63,911 nt of DNA, filler included, from Octopus bimaculoides (GCF_001194135.2; 6 parts of 6 records of this genome joined end to end with filler, not necessarily neighbours in it), one strand, 5' to 3'; shown: positions 12,946 through 25,682, counted from the whole stretch's first letter. Notes: generated from the letters alone by a model not told the origin. Numbers and translations are program-made.

Positions 12946-13647
12946 TGTTTGTGTGTGTGTGTGNNNNNNNNNNNNNNNNNNNNNNNNNNNNNNNNNNNNN
13001 NNNNNNNNNNNNNNNNNNNNNNNNNNNNNNNNNNNNNNNNNNNNNNNNNNNNNNNNNNNNNNNNNNNNNNNNNNNNNNNNNNNNNNNNNNNNNNNNNNNN
13101 NNNNNNNNNNNNNNNNNNNNNNNNNNNNNNNNNNNNNNNNNNNNNNNNNNNNNNNNNNNNNNNNNNNNNNNNNNNNNNNNNNNNNNNNNNNNNNNNNNNN
13201 NNNNNNNNNNNNNNNNNNNNNNNNNNNNNNNNNNNNNNNNNNNNNNNNNNNNNNNNNNNNNNNNNNNNNNNNNNNNNNNNNNNNNNNNNNNNNNNNNNNN
13301 NNNNNNNNNNNNNNNNNNNNNNNNNNNNNNNNNNNNNNNNNNNNNNNNNNNNNNNNNNNNNNNNNNNNNNNNNNNATATATATATATATATATATATAAA
13401 CTGATATTTAACAGAAGCAACAGAGTGACTCAAAGGTCGAGAGTTTCGTGCGTTGGCACTTATGGTAACGCCTCGAAGAATTTTTAGTCGAACAAATAGA
13501 CCCTGCTACTTTATTTAAGCCTGGTATTTATTCTGTCAGTCTCTTTCAGTTAGGAAGGGGTCGACAAAGACCTTTATAAATAACAGGTGTTAAGTGGGAT
13601 TAAAGGTGTGGATTAGAGCAGAATTTAATAGTTTAAAAAAAATAGCA

Positions 13648-13930
13648 CTCCGTCGGTTACAGCGACGAGTGTTCTAGTTAATCCGATCAACGGAACAGCC
13701 TGCACGTGAAATCGACGTGCAAGTGGCTGAGTACTCCACAGACACGTGACCCTTTATATAGTTCTAACAGAGATTCAGCGTGACACAGAATACAGGTGCA
13801 TCATTTTTTGCCAGCTGAGTGGACTGGAGCAATGTAAAAAGTAAAATGTCTTGCTGAAGGACACAACGCACTGCCGAGAATCGAACTCGCGATTGTGAGC
13901 CGAATGTTCTGACCAGTAAGTCATGCTCCT
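13648..13930 (-). mobile_element. tRNA/CORE-type SINE, family C
   Basis: Shares GATCAACGGAACAGCCTG...GTGCAAGTGGCTGAG...CCACAGACACGTG with 48054-48423 and carries the CORE-like TTTTGCCAGCTGAGTGGACTGGAGCAA. Confidence 0.75.
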
Positions 13931-14049
13931 GTTTTTAATAAGGATATAACAGTAGAAGGAAGTCAGGTAGGAAAGGGCCAATAGATCGACTAAAAGCAGT
14001 TTTGTAGAGAATAGAACCATGATGGAGGATTTTCTGTAGGTGAGAATGG

Positions 14050-15500
14050 TAGCTCTTCATTTCTTCGATGCTAAATGAAATGGTGTTTGTGATGTGTGTC
14101 TCCTAAAACACGAGAATGTGGAGAAATTGGTGCATGCTATTCTGATGCCATGCAGAAGAGATGGGTCGAAGACTGGCGCCACTAAAGTCTATCTTGATGG
14201 TGAGCAAAACCTCGCAGGAGACAAAAATGGTCGGAAAGACACAGAAAAGTGTCTGTAATAAAGGACAGAAGGTAGCAGAAAGTGTTTGGATGATAAGAGA
14301 AGCATTGGGCAGCTGGGGTAAGGTTGGAGCTATGGTGTTCCAGGGAACAGTTAATATTCCGATCCCTCCCTCTTTGGGGAGGGATTCGGTCAGAGCTGAA
14401 AGGGGAGATATCTGACCTTTCTAAGGACCTCTGAAATTGATGGAAGGGACAGAATCCTCTCCTCATTCATTTACAAAGCCCAAATGTTCGCTAATGGACG
14501 TTGATAAAGGTTCCTAATGATCAGGTGGAGCAGTGTTCGATCTCTGTTAGCAATGAGCAGCAAAGTGGCGGCATGGGGAGGTTCTGAGCTATTTGAACCG
14601 AGAGGGAGGGGTTGTGTGACCTATAGGAATATAGTAGGTGTGTGTTTGTCGGGAGGGGTGGCCTGAGCCCGTGACTGGGTCAAGAAAATATGTGTTAGGA
14701 AGGCCTGGGTTAAAGCAGTGAGTAGGATATAACTTTCGATAATATTTGATCAGACTGAATCGTTCCTTTGCATTTCGCGAAATGGACAAGTTCTTTCAAT
14801 AAGAGAGCCACCTACTGGCCAACACCCACACCGAAATTCTTAGAGTCTGTTGGCTGAGGATACCTATGCATGCAGTGAAAACTGTGTCGATTCCCGTGCG
14901 GCGGCCAGGTGTAGTCTGCACGGCATTCTTGGACCCCTGAAGTAGGGGTTCGGCATCTGAAACGTTGCCAGGTGTTTCCAGCACTAAACGATGTTGTCAA
15001 AGAATGCGCGTTATTAAATTCCATGATGCTGAAGGGTATTAGAAACGAAGTCCCGTGGATAATTGGGGCGTTGATAAGGAAGAAACCTCGTTTCGTAGAA
15101 GGCTTTCAGGTGTGAGATAAGTTCTAAAAGTCCTTATCCTGGCAGTGCTATGGGAATGTGTTAACCGGTTTGGAATAAATATGGGATGTAAAATCAGCAG
15201 GAGATGTCTGATGTATGAAGAGAAGCCGAAACTATTAACGAAGCCCTTGCGTAGCATCAGGTTGTAGAACGTAGGTGGATGTCAGCTGAGGTCATTATGC
15301 AGATTGACCATGGTCTTCTTTTTGGAAAGGAAAAGCAATGTGTCTTGCTATGACTTGTGTCTCTGCTAGCAGAAGTAATGTTACGGTAGACTAGGAATAA
15401 GACCCCTCGTGGGTAATAAAAAAATGAGACTAGGAATAAGAAATTTTCTTCGACTTGTTTAGGAATCAGTGGCAGAGGGGAGAGAGATGACAATGAATTT
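14050..15500 (-). mobile_element. Decayed non-LTR retrotransposon ORF2 3' region, probably L1 clade
   Basis: Long, nearly open minus-strand frame with sparse stops (MLRKGFVNSFGF...TGIDTVFTAC...ISVWVLASRWLSY...LIKYYRKLYP), then a C/T-rich 3' region. The clade call is inference. Confidence 0.45.
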
Positions 15501-16269
15501 TAAGAAACGATGACGAGGTTGGGGGGCGAATTTAGTGTGGTTTAAAAGGACATTTCCATTCTACAGCCGAGTTCTTTGGACATGTGCAGGTAATCTTTAT
15601 TTCTAGGTCCACATATTTAGATACAATTACATAGTTGAACAGACATTTTAGTTATTAAAGCAATGCCCTAAATCTGTTAAATTCCTTTTCCAATTATTTC
15701 ATGAAGTCTCAAAATTTTCGTCGCACCACTGCTAACCAGGTCACTGACACATTTCCACTGCAGTTGCTTCAAACTTCGTTACCTGAAACATCATAAGGGC
15801 CCCGTATTTTTTTTTTGTTTTGTTTTGTTTTTGTGTTGTTTTTTTAAATCCACGAACATATGGACCTGTTGTATCCCTGATACTTGACCTTGTTTCTCTT
15901 AATCACTTCCTATTTCCATTTTTTCTTTCTATTTTTACAAACTCGCACTTGCCATTATCACCGTTCTGTTTCTTTTCTTCTTCTTTCCCTTTTCTCTCCC
16001 GTATCGTCTTCACTTGTCATAATGGTTGACTTTGAAATTATGTACACGACACCAAAAATCTATGGAAGGACTTTCCAGAGGATGTAGAAAATGGCGTGTT
16101 TGGGGGCCTAACATGTTAACGTTTGAATTTAACAGACCCTGTCTGCTATGGAATGGGGAAGGTAATCAGAAACGTTGGGTACCCTGATTCTACCTAGATG
16201 ACGGTTATATTTTTTCCCCACGCTCTGTTATTGTATATGTCCTCCTTCATGTCTTGTAACCTTTCTGCA

Positions 16270-16990
16270 GTCCGTCTCTGATGGAACTACGGTCTTGAGT
16301 CAAAAACAAAGCAAAACTGGCCGCGTGGCGCATGAAATGCTCTAGAGCGCTGACCAATCTCTACACGTCAGGCAATGCGGTCGGCAAAAGTTCCATGTTA
16401 ACAATACACAGAGGACTGGTGGATGGAGTGGGGCACAATGACATCTTCGGGGGAAACTCTGTACGCTGACGTGGATGAACTTGCGAAGTCTCCTATCGAT
16501 AGCTTCCAGAAATCCTTAGCCTGACAGAACTATCGAAAGACACTATCGATTCGAGACAAGCTCTAGTCAAGTGCCGCGCGGCACAGAGCAGTGAAACCGT
16601 TCTGCATGCACTTGTGCAATATCTGGGCATCATACACTTGTGGAGTTGAGGAGAGGCCACAGCGGTTGCTTCGTTTCAGATGGGTTGTGATCATTTACCC
16701 GCCGCCCTCTTTTAATACGACTGGTCAGGCAGTTTTTCTTGTATTTTGGCAATGGCGAAGAAGGTTATGAAATGGACGAAGCTGAAAGGACTTGGAACGA
16801 ATATTTTTCCATTCGGCCAAACTTTTATCGACTTTTCAGGTTCTATTTGGTGAGGAAGGTGAGCGCCGGAAAGGGAAAAGATCTCCTCCAGTGAATTTGT
16901 TAAAAGGTGGGGGATTGTATCGAAAATGGTCAAAGTGAATGGAACGACTCGATGTTTGAAAGGGCAACAACAGCAGAAGAGAACACTTGC
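16270..16990 (+). mobile_element. Tx1-like (L1 clade) LINE 3' end, copy 1
   Basis: Relic peptides IDSFQKSLA...IRDKL (zf-RVT-like), ETVLHALVQ, EFVKRWGIVSKMVKVNG. Homologous to the adjacent copy 2. Confidence 0.7.
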
Positions 16991-17029
16991 CCTTAATAGT
17001 TATAATTGTTGCTGTTATTATTATTAAGA

Positions 17030-17589
17030 TATCCCGATTACTGCTTGACCAGGTTGGAGCGTCTCCTATTGAAATTCTTGTGGAAAGGACGCGTTCCAAT
17101 GGTCAAGCAGTCAGTCTGTTGTCAGCATCCTCTGAGTGGCGGATTACGTATGCAATGGCCCCTAATGCGCGGACACGCTCTTAGGTTACGCCACCTGCAA
17201 CGATTTCTGGACGGTGAGCATCTGTATGTTCTGTGAGACTCGCCTTTTCGTGTCCTTGGTGGAGCTGCTGTCCTGGGTGAAGAAAAGACCGAGACTGGGC
17301 GCCTGGCACCTAAAATGTCGTCAGGCGTTCAGAGCTCTCTACCAATCGGGCAATGGGATCGGTGGATGTTCCGATTTAGAAATGTATAGAGGATTAGTGG
17401 GGGAGTGCGACGACGTTTCTCGGGGAGACTCTGGGCGCCGACGAGTGCGAACTGGCTAGTCTGTTATAAAGGACTTTCCGGTCGGGAACTATCATGGATA
17501 ATTTCCAGATATCCTTGATCTGGCAGTGCTACCGGGAGTCGCTACCGGTTCGGGATAAACTCAACAGGTACGGATGTGCTGTGAGACAG
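17030..17589 (+). mobile_element. Tx1-like LINE fragment, copy 2 (runs into a gap)
   Basis: LERLLLKFLWKGRVPMVKQSVCCQHPLSGGL...HALRLRHLQRFLDG and MDNFQISLIWQCYRESLPVRDKL are typical post-RT/zf-RVT sequence. Confidence 0.75.
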
Positions 17590-18553
17590 NNNNNNNNNNN
17601 NNNNNNNNNNNNNNNNNNNNNNNNNNNNNNNNNNNNNNNNNNNNNNNNNNNNNNNNNNNNNNNNNNNNNNNNNNNNNNNNNNNNNNNNNNNNNNNNNNNN
17701 NNNNNNNNNNNNNNNNNNNNNNNNNNNNNNNNNNNNNNNNNNNNNNNNNNNNNNNNNNNNNNNNNNNNNNNNNNNNNNNNNNNNNNNNNNNNNNNNNNNN
17801 NNNNNNNNNNNNNNNNNNNNNNNNNNNNNNNNNNNNNNNNNNNNNNNNNNNNNNNNNNNNNNNNNNNNNNNNNNNNNNNNNNNNNNNNNNNNNNNNNNNN
17901 NNNNNNNNNNNNNNNNNNNNNNNNNNNNNNNNNNNNNNNNNNNNNNNNNNNNNNNNNNNNNNNNNNNNNNNNNNNNNNNNNNNNNNNNNNNNNNNNNNNN
18001 NNNNNNNNNNNNNNNNNNNNNNNNNNNNNNNNNNNNNNNNNNNNNNNNNNNNNNNNNNNNNNNNNNNNNNNNNNNNNNNNNNNNNNNNNNNNNNNNNNNN
18101 NNNNNNNNNNNNNNNNNNNNNNNNNNNNNNNNNNNNNNNNNNNNNNNNNNNNNNNNNNNNNNNNNNNNNNNNNNNNNNNNNNNNNNNNNNNNNNNNNNNN
18201 NNNNNNNNNNNNNNNNNNNNNNNNNNNNNNNNNNNNNNNNNNNNNNNNNNNNNNNNNNNNNNNNNNNNNNNNNNNNNNNNNNNNNNNNNNNNNNNNNNNN
18301 NNNNNNNNNNNNNNNNNNNNNNNNNNNNNNNNNNNNNNNNNNNNNNNNNNNNNNNNNNNNNNNNNNNNNNNNNNNNNNNNNNNNNNNNNNNNNNNNNNNN
18401 NNNNNNNNNNNNNNNNNNNNNNNNNNNNNNNNNNNNNNNNNNNNNNNNNNNNNNNNNNNNNNNNNNNNNNNNNNNNNNNNNNNNNNNNNNNNNNNNNNNN
18501 NNNNNNNNNNNNNNNNNNNNNNNNNNNNNNNNNNNNNNNNNNNNNNNNNNNNN

Positions 18554-18613
18554 AATATCACTGCAAATGCCGCGATGGCTACAGACTGGGCACCGATGCC
18601 AAGTCTTGTATAG
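18554..18613 (+). CDS. MEGF6: EGF exon C, 3' half only (5' half lies in an N gap; predicted start ~18491 if 123 nt)
   Basis: Directly after the gap: YHCKCRDGYRLGTDAKSCI, then G|gtaagt. Same frame and phase as the other EGF exons. Confidence 0.88.
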   Translation, partial: NITANAAMATDWAPMPSLV

Positions 18614-18949
18614 GTAAGTTGAAGCACAATTGTAATTACGCTTACCTGTATGCACCCTGTAATTGTCTTCCCTCATTGATAACATCAAAGACATGGAAGG
18701 CGGGGTTCGCTGTAATTCTTTTGTGTAACCTGGAATCTTTCAGATTTTGAGACAAGGAAGAAACTTCTATGAGGTCGTTCAAGGTGCTAGAAATAACAGT
18801 CAAATCTCCTTCAATCAATCAATCAACCTTCGACGTAGTTGAATTATCGATCCCACCAGTCGGTAGTCTCAGTACGGGTTGTGCTATTCATCCTTTCGAT
18901 CGCTGAATACAAAGCATGGCTCGCCTTGGGAATTTTATTTTGAGTTCCC

Positions 18950-19115
18950 ATCTCACCCTTGTACACCAATCCGTTACAGGGTGGTTATCCATTTACAGCT
19001 GAATGGACTGAAGCAACGGGAAATGGAAGTATTTTACCCAAGAACACAATGCACAGCCGATCTTGGAATCGAAACTACTATCTTGCAATTGTGAGTGCAA
19101 CTCCCTCTCCACTAA
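18950..19115 (-). mobile_element. Degenerate CORE-type SINE
   Basis: CAGCTGAATGGACTGAAGCAAC...CCCAAGAACACAATGC...GGAATCGAAAC...CCACTAAGCCACG, the same layout as 62095-62565. Confidence 0.6.
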
Positions 19116-19642
19116 GCCACGCGTCTTCATTAATCTCCCTCAAATTTTATCCTGTCGTCTGAGAAATGAAGAACGCTTTGCATAATGTAATTCTATGTGT
19201 AATAAAAAGATGGGATGGTCATCACTGGAATGTCTATGAACATCGGTTTGTTCGATCGATACATGTGCTGACGAGGACGCTTCAAGGTGGTCTCTCCGGT
19301 TGCTAGAATCAACAGCTTAATCTTTAAGTTCACCCAGTCGTCCTAAAAGTGGATGGATTAGGTTAACTGGTTCGGAACTGACCTAGGCCTACACAAACAA
19401 CAACAACAAATTTACGTATTTATCCGATGTTATTGAATTCCATTATCTAATTAGTAAATGATTTTTCTGAGAAATACTACAGCTCACTCGGTTATTCTAA
19501 AGATCTGATAACTTCGAACTGGACTGTTCCGTTGATGAGGTCTCATAACACCGAAACAAGCCTAGAATTGTCACCCTACTGCTGAATGTAACACTCTCAT
19601 AACTCTATTTCTGTCTCTTTCTTATAAACTCTTATAAACACA

Positions 19643-19693
<51 letters not shown>

Positions 19694-20337
19694 CTCAACA
19701 CAGCCTCAAACACAGACATTACCACACAATCAAGTAAGAGAGATATCATGTCTTAGATATTCTGGATCAGAAAAAAACCAAACAGTACGAACTGGAATTC
19801 TGTAAATCTGTTTGTTTGCTAAAACAACAAAAACTGTGAAGAAGGACGAAGATCTAGTTTCTATTTCTGCCAATCTCAGACGCAATATCTCGTTTAGAAA
19901 TAGCAGCCGAATCTCCCTCAAATTACGTTCTGCCGTCTTTAAAAAAGGAAGGACAATGTAGTTTTTGTTGCATTAAAAAGACGGGATGGTCACCACTGAG
20001 TTGCCTCGGTCAGTAGTTCTACCCGCTCTAGGCTTACCTGGGGTTAAACAAAAGTAAAATATGAGCCAATGGGAGAACTTCTACGTAGTCACCCGACCGG
20101 CTAGAAATAGCAGCTATACGTCGCTTAAATTACATCCTGCCGTTTTGCATGAAGAACACATTATGCAATTAACTGTATAGTATCTAATATAAAAAAGATG
20201 TGGTGGTCACATCTGGGTTGTCTTTCATCATAAACTTGCTTGTTCAGGGCAGATCTGAGACTAAACGACATTAATTTCAAAAGTACAAACAACCAACAAC
20301 AATATTGATAGTAATAACAATCCTTCCTATTATAGGC

Positions 20338-20530
20338 ACAACGCCTGAAATTTGGGGGTAGGGAGGGTAAGTTGATTGCATCGACCCCAGCGTTCAACTG
20401 GTACTTATTTTATCAAACCCGAAAGGATGAAAAGCAAAGTCGACCCCGGCAGAATTTGAACTCAGAACGTAGCGACGAGCGAAATACCGCATTTCGTCCA
20501 GCGTGCTAACGATTCTGCCAGCACGCCGCC
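20338..20530 (-). mobile_element. tRNA-derived SINE, family A
   Basis: Reverse complement of the 27199 family (GAAAGGATGAAAAGCAAAGTCGACC...GAATTTGAACTCAGAACGTAGCG). Confidence 0.85.
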
Positions 20531-20650
20531 TACTACTATTACTACTACTAATAACAACAACAACAACAATGACAATAACAACAGCATATTCCGCTTTAAA
20601 TTCTTATATCCTTCTTCTATAATTCCTGACTTTATCCATTCTTTGTGCAG

Positions 20651-20773
20651 TGATCAACCCGTGCCAAATTAACCAGGGTGGATGCCAACATATCTGCCAA
20701 AACCATCGTTCTAAAGCCATCTGCCAATGTTTCCCTGGTTACCAACTGGCAACTGATGGTAAAACATGCATTG
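20651..20773 (+). CDS. MEGF6: EGF exon D (non-canonical calcium-binding N-terminus) of the MEGF6-like gene (absent from the ORF track)
   Basis: ctttgtgcag acceptor and G|gtgagt donor. 123 nt: (V)INPCQINQGGCQHICQNHRSKAICQCFPGYQLATDGKTCI. Resembles the recalled human MEGF6 module RRSPC...RCECHVGYQLAADGKAC. Confidence 0.92.
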
Positions 20774-22106
20774 GTGAGTATTATTATTATTATTATTAGT
20801 AGTAGTAGTAGTATTATTAATATTATTATCTCATCAATTATTGTTTTTACTGGTGTTTGTTGGAGGTGCATACGTTTACAGATGTCCGTTTAGAAACATA
20901 TTCTTCCAGAATTACCAGGAGTTATGTCCCGTTGAGGGAGTAGAGACAGCATCAGTTAGATTGGTAGTGCAGGGCTGAAAGCCCAGTTGCTATAGGTGTG
21001 GTAGCAGACGTCACCTGAGGGCTTTACGCCCATAAGAGAAAAACGGAAAAGATACAACAGTGTATGTTTTGATTTCTGCTGCTGGTGTTCTCGCGGTAAC
21101 TCTAGTTTCAGCGCTGAAGGTGGTCAGAGTGGAAGTAAGGAGAAAAAAATATGCCTCGTCCTTAATATCTCAGGCACCTGAAGCTGATCCGTAGAGCGCC
21201 GAAATGCTTAGGGGTTACCTTCTTCTCTGTCTCAGAGTTGTCCACTGTCTACTTGCTTCTCTTATTATAATGAGAAGAATATGGAGACTAAGAATGGTGG
21301 TTAAGTGTAGGGAAGAGTAAAAATCAAGAGAAAGGGAGAGAAAAAAACCTAAGATGAATCTTGGCAAAAGGGAAGACGGACGGTGCAAGTTCGCTGTCAA
21401 TTGTTGTTTAATTAACTTGAGTGTGAGTTAATGAGAAGAGTCTGGAGGCATTGCTGAATGATATAAAGAGATAGGGAAAAGTACCTTGGTGACTGACGAA
21501 GTGTGGGGTGGAATAGGGAGTCAAATGCATCAAGCCCCAAAACTGATAGGCAGTAGGTGGAAGCAACACCAACAATGCATTAAACCTTTAAGGAACACTT
21601 CATGGATGATAAGGGACTCTTCCCAGCTCGGCTAAATCCAGGTATGTTTAAAGTGCAATTTAGGCTTCCACTCAAGTGATCGGAATGGAATATGGTCAGG
21701 AATGGTGGGGTAGGTTGTTCTTGTTTGATATGGTAATTTTTTCTAAGTTCAACCACTCTGTCACTTATTTGCCATAAAAACAACTGCCTCAGTTTTAAGT
21801 ATCATAATCTATTGGTCACTGTTTACCAAAGAATTCGAGAGATTCTGTCGCTGGTTAAGTCACTCGAAATGTACTGCAGTGTTCCACATGGCCGTCTTAA
21901 ATTCGAAACAGAGTGGTGGCTGCTTACTGTGATCAATTTGCGATGGAGCCTTTTTGATAACAATAACCAGCTGAAGATATTTAGCACAAGATATAACAAT
22001 GTCTTGTGCTTGAAACCAATTAATTTTGATAACAATAACCATTTCCATAACTTCATCTCTTGATTATGTGTGTGTATGTATGTATGTATATGTGTTTGTG
22101 TGTGTG

Positions 22107-22143
<37 letters not shown>

Positions 22144-22520
22144 NNNNNNNNNNNNNNNNNNNNNNNNNNNNNNNNNNNNNNNNNNNNNNNNNNNNNNNNN
22201 NNNNNNNNNNNNNNNNNNNNNNNNNNNNNNNNNNNNNNNNNNNNNNNNNNNNNNNNNNNNNNNNNNNNNNNNNNNNNNNNNNNNNNNNNNNNNNNNNNNN
22301 NNNNNNNNNNNNNNNNNNNNNNNNNNNNNNNNNNNNNNNNNNNNNNNNNNNNNNNNNNNNNNNNNNNNNNNNNNNNNNNNNNNNNNNNNNNNNNNNNNNN
22401 NNNNNNNNNNNNNNNNNNNNNNNNNNNNNNNNNNNNNNNNNNNNNNNNNNNNNNNNNNNNNNNNNNNNNNNNNNNNNNNNNNNNNNNNNNNNNNNNNNNN
22501 NNNNNNNNNNNNNNNNNNNN

Positions 22521-22562
<42 letters not shown>

Positions 22563-22866
22563 GTACATTGTGTGTGTGTGTACGTTTATACGTTTGTTTT
22601 ATGTCAAATTATATAAAAGCAGTTTAGCATTAAACTAAAGTATAACTCAATACATTTTGGTTAATTTTATTAATTTTTACTGCCGTTAAGCCGAAACTTC
22701 GAAATCACTGTCAATCTCTTCTCACACACACACACAGCGTACGTGTTTGCATGTGTGTGTGTGTGTACGGTGTATCCGCGAGTGCATGTGTGTATTCGTT
22801 TATCTCTGCATGTCTTTGTCAAACTCTTCTCACACATTAATCTTGCTCCATTGTGCATTTTTCCAG

Positions 22867-22989
22867 ACATTGACGAATGTGCCCGACGTACCGGTGCATG
22901 CAAGCAGGAGTGCATCAACACCGTGGGATCTTACACATGTTCCTGTATCAAAGGATTTCAGCTGGGAACAGACGGTCGCTCTTGTTACC
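22867..22989 (+). CDS. MEGF6: EGF exon E (calcium-binding EGF) of the MEGF6-like gene
   Basis: ttttccag acceptor and C|gtaagt donor. 123 nt: (D)IDECARRTGACKQECINTVGSYTCSCIKGFQLGTDGRSCY(C..). The end matches the recalled MEGF6 module ...GYELGADGRQCYR. Confidence 0.93.
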
Positions 22990-23449
22990 GTAAGTATACA
23001 ATACAACCCTTGTTAATTGGCTGTGGGCGGTTTACGGTGATTTGCATATTAACGTGGTGAATGTCGCAGTATCAGAGTTAATCTCGAAGGTTGGGGCTGT
23101 GACCCGGGACCAACAAAAGAATCGATTACTTGGGCGCGGAGCTCGTTAGAAATATCAGTCAAATCTCCCTCAAATCGCTCTTTATCATCTTCAATAATGT
23201 ATTCCCCAACACACAACAAAGACGTGGTGGTCACGTGTAGGAAGCTTTGGATCATAGGTATGCTTGATTGGGGCTGACCTCGGCCTAAAACAAAAATCCA
23301 TTAGTTTTTGTTCATTATTTGAAGTCAAATTATTTCATTTACTTTTTCTGCTGTTCTTGAGGAATGTACGAGATTTACACAATCTCCAAGTATTATTCTA
23401 AGAACAAAAATAATTCGCACATTGTGTAAAAATATACGAAATGGAGATA

Positions 23450-24000
23450 CGACCAGGGTGTAAGAGTTTTGCACTGGAAACTGTGCTGGAAACACATGGT
23501 ACAATCAGCAAGTCGAAAGAGTACTGGATTCGGAGAAATGCAAGATTTTGTGGGACATTCCTATTCAAACGGACAAAAAGCGAGAAATAATAGACCCGAC
23601 ATTATAGATAACGAAAAGCAGAGTTGCTTACTTATCGAACCATCATGCCTGTTTGATTCCAATATCGCAAAGAAAAAGGAAGTAAAAAATACAATCCCTT
23701 AAAGTTTGAAATAGGAAGAATTTGGAGCATGAAAACGGTAAAGGTGATGCCTATAATAACTGGTGTATTGGGAACAGTAAGCAAAGATATAGACAAATGG
23801 CTGAAGGAGATTGGAATAGAATGCCTGGTTCTTACTGAAAGTTTGTCACTTAGGGACAGCAAGGATTACCAGGAAGGTCCCAAACACTTAAAAGACTGCT
23901 GAAAACTTGTGGATACCTAAGGTTACAGGTGGTAACCCGCTACTCACATAATTCCTACCAGAAATAAGATCGAACATGGGCCAAACCAAAGTAATAATTT
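23450..24000 (+). mobile_element. R4/Dong-like LINE 3' end (REL endonuclease relic)
   Basis: HWKLC, KILWDIPIQTDK, NNRPDII, LKFEIGRIWSMKTVKVMPIITGVLGTVSK, LGTARIT. Confidence 0.85.
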
Positions 24001-25297
24001 ATGGGCCAGCAAGTTTTTGAGGGGAATGGGAAATCGATTACGTCGAATGCAGTTGTACTTATTTCATCGACCCCAAAAATATGAAAGGCAAAGTCGAGCT
24101 CGACGGAATTTGAACACAGAACGTAAAGACAATCCTAAGGCCGCTAAGCATTTTGTCCAGAATCCAAATGATTCGGCCAGCTCGCCGCCTTAATAACAAT
24201 CACAACATCTATATCCTCTATTTTTTTTTAATTCTGGTGTCACCAAGTTATATATTCCTTTACGTTGCGAGTTCTAGTCCTGTCGATGGTTCCATAAAAT
24301 CAAGTACCAGTCAAATACTGGGGTTCATAGAATCCACTGTACTGTCTAACCCCAAAATATGTGAAATTATGTCTATAAGTTAGTTTTAACGGAGCGTCAG
24401 ACAAAAAAAAATGAAACTGGGAAACATTGATACAAGGGAAGTAACTCTATTGCTCTGAGATAGTCTCTTAGAATTACTTCCCTTGACCTGCTGTATCCAT
24501 CTCAGATTTGAGAGTAAGAGAGAAAATAACTTACTGTCATGTGTGAATGCTTTTGTGTAAGCAGACGTGGCTGACTGCTTGGCCGATCCCTTCGCAATCA
24601 TAAGGTTTCAGGTTCAGTCGTATCTTTCACCATATCATCGGGTCAACCGAATCCTTAGGAGAGAAACTGAAGTAAACGGAAATTGTGTAGAAGCCCACTC
24701 AGTACTCTTCCTGTAATCTAAATGGACCAAAACCTTGTCAGTGTCACGTTGATTGGGGCTGGGAATTGTGTTATGGTTAGAGGTCTGTGGAATACTCGGC
24801 CACTTATGATATAATCTTATTGTATAGTTGAGTTGATTGAACAAGTGAATGCTCCCCGTCGAGACTAACGGAGGATCCATAAATATATCAGAACTCCGAG
24901 TATTAATAAAAACAATTTCTGAAATGATTTCTTTTAATAATCCTTTTTGTAATAAAAAACAAGACCTAGAATTTGGAGAGAAGGGTGCAGCTGGTTACAT
25001 CGAGCCCCCAGTCTTCAACTAGTATTTATTTTATCGACTCCGAGCGGGTGCATAGCAATGAGGAACTCGGCGAGATGTGAACTCAGAACAAAAAGGGTCG
25101 GAAGAAATGCCACTATTTTGATCGACGCACCGACGATTCTGTCAGCTCGCCGCCTTAATAATTAATTAATAATTGATAACTTTGTGTGTGCCAGATACTG
25201 AATAATAAGTCTCTTCCAACAGTCTTTTATAGATTAAGGAAATATGGTTAGTAAAATTCTTTGATTTTCTTCTCATTCAAATATATATACACTCGTT

Positions 25298-25333
<36 letters not shown>

Positions 25334-25350
25334 ACTCACTCACTCACTCA

Positions 25351-25383
<33 letters not shown>

Positions 25384-25682
25384 NNNNNNNNNNNNNNNNN
25401 NNNNNNNNNNNNNNNNNNNNNNNNNNNTTAATTAATTAANNNNNNNNNNNNNNNNNNNNNNNNNNNNNNNNNNNNNNNNNNNNTTTTTTTTTTGGGGGGG
25501 GGGGGGGGTCCAAGTCGATTACATCAACCCCCTCCCTGTGATCAACTGGTACTAATTTCATCGACCCGGAAAGAATGAAACGCAAAGTCGACTTCGGTGG
25601 CATTTGAACTCAGAACGTAAAGACGGATGAAATGCTGCTAAGCAATTTTTCCGGCGTCCTAGCGATCTGCCAACTCGCTGCC
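24000..25682 (-). mobile_element. Three family-A SINE copies (about 24000-24191, 24965-25156, 25495-25682)
   Basis: Each shows GATTACATC..CCC...TACTTATTT.ATCGACC..GAAAG..TGAAA.GCAAAGTCGAC...GAACTCAGAAC...GCCAGCTCGCCGCC variants. Confidence 0.8.
25384..25483. other. Artificial scaffold-join spacer N44-TTAATTAATTAA-N44 (also 35743-35842, 43852-43951, 53126-53225, 62776-62875)
   Basis: Identical 100-nt construct five times. TTAATTAATTAA is a palindrome with stop codons in all six frames. Confidence 0.95.

Noticed and set aside
21000-22050. Non-repetitive-looking block with partly open minus-strand frames
   Set aside because: I recognise no domain or splice structure. It is probably an old TE relic but cannot be classified without a search.
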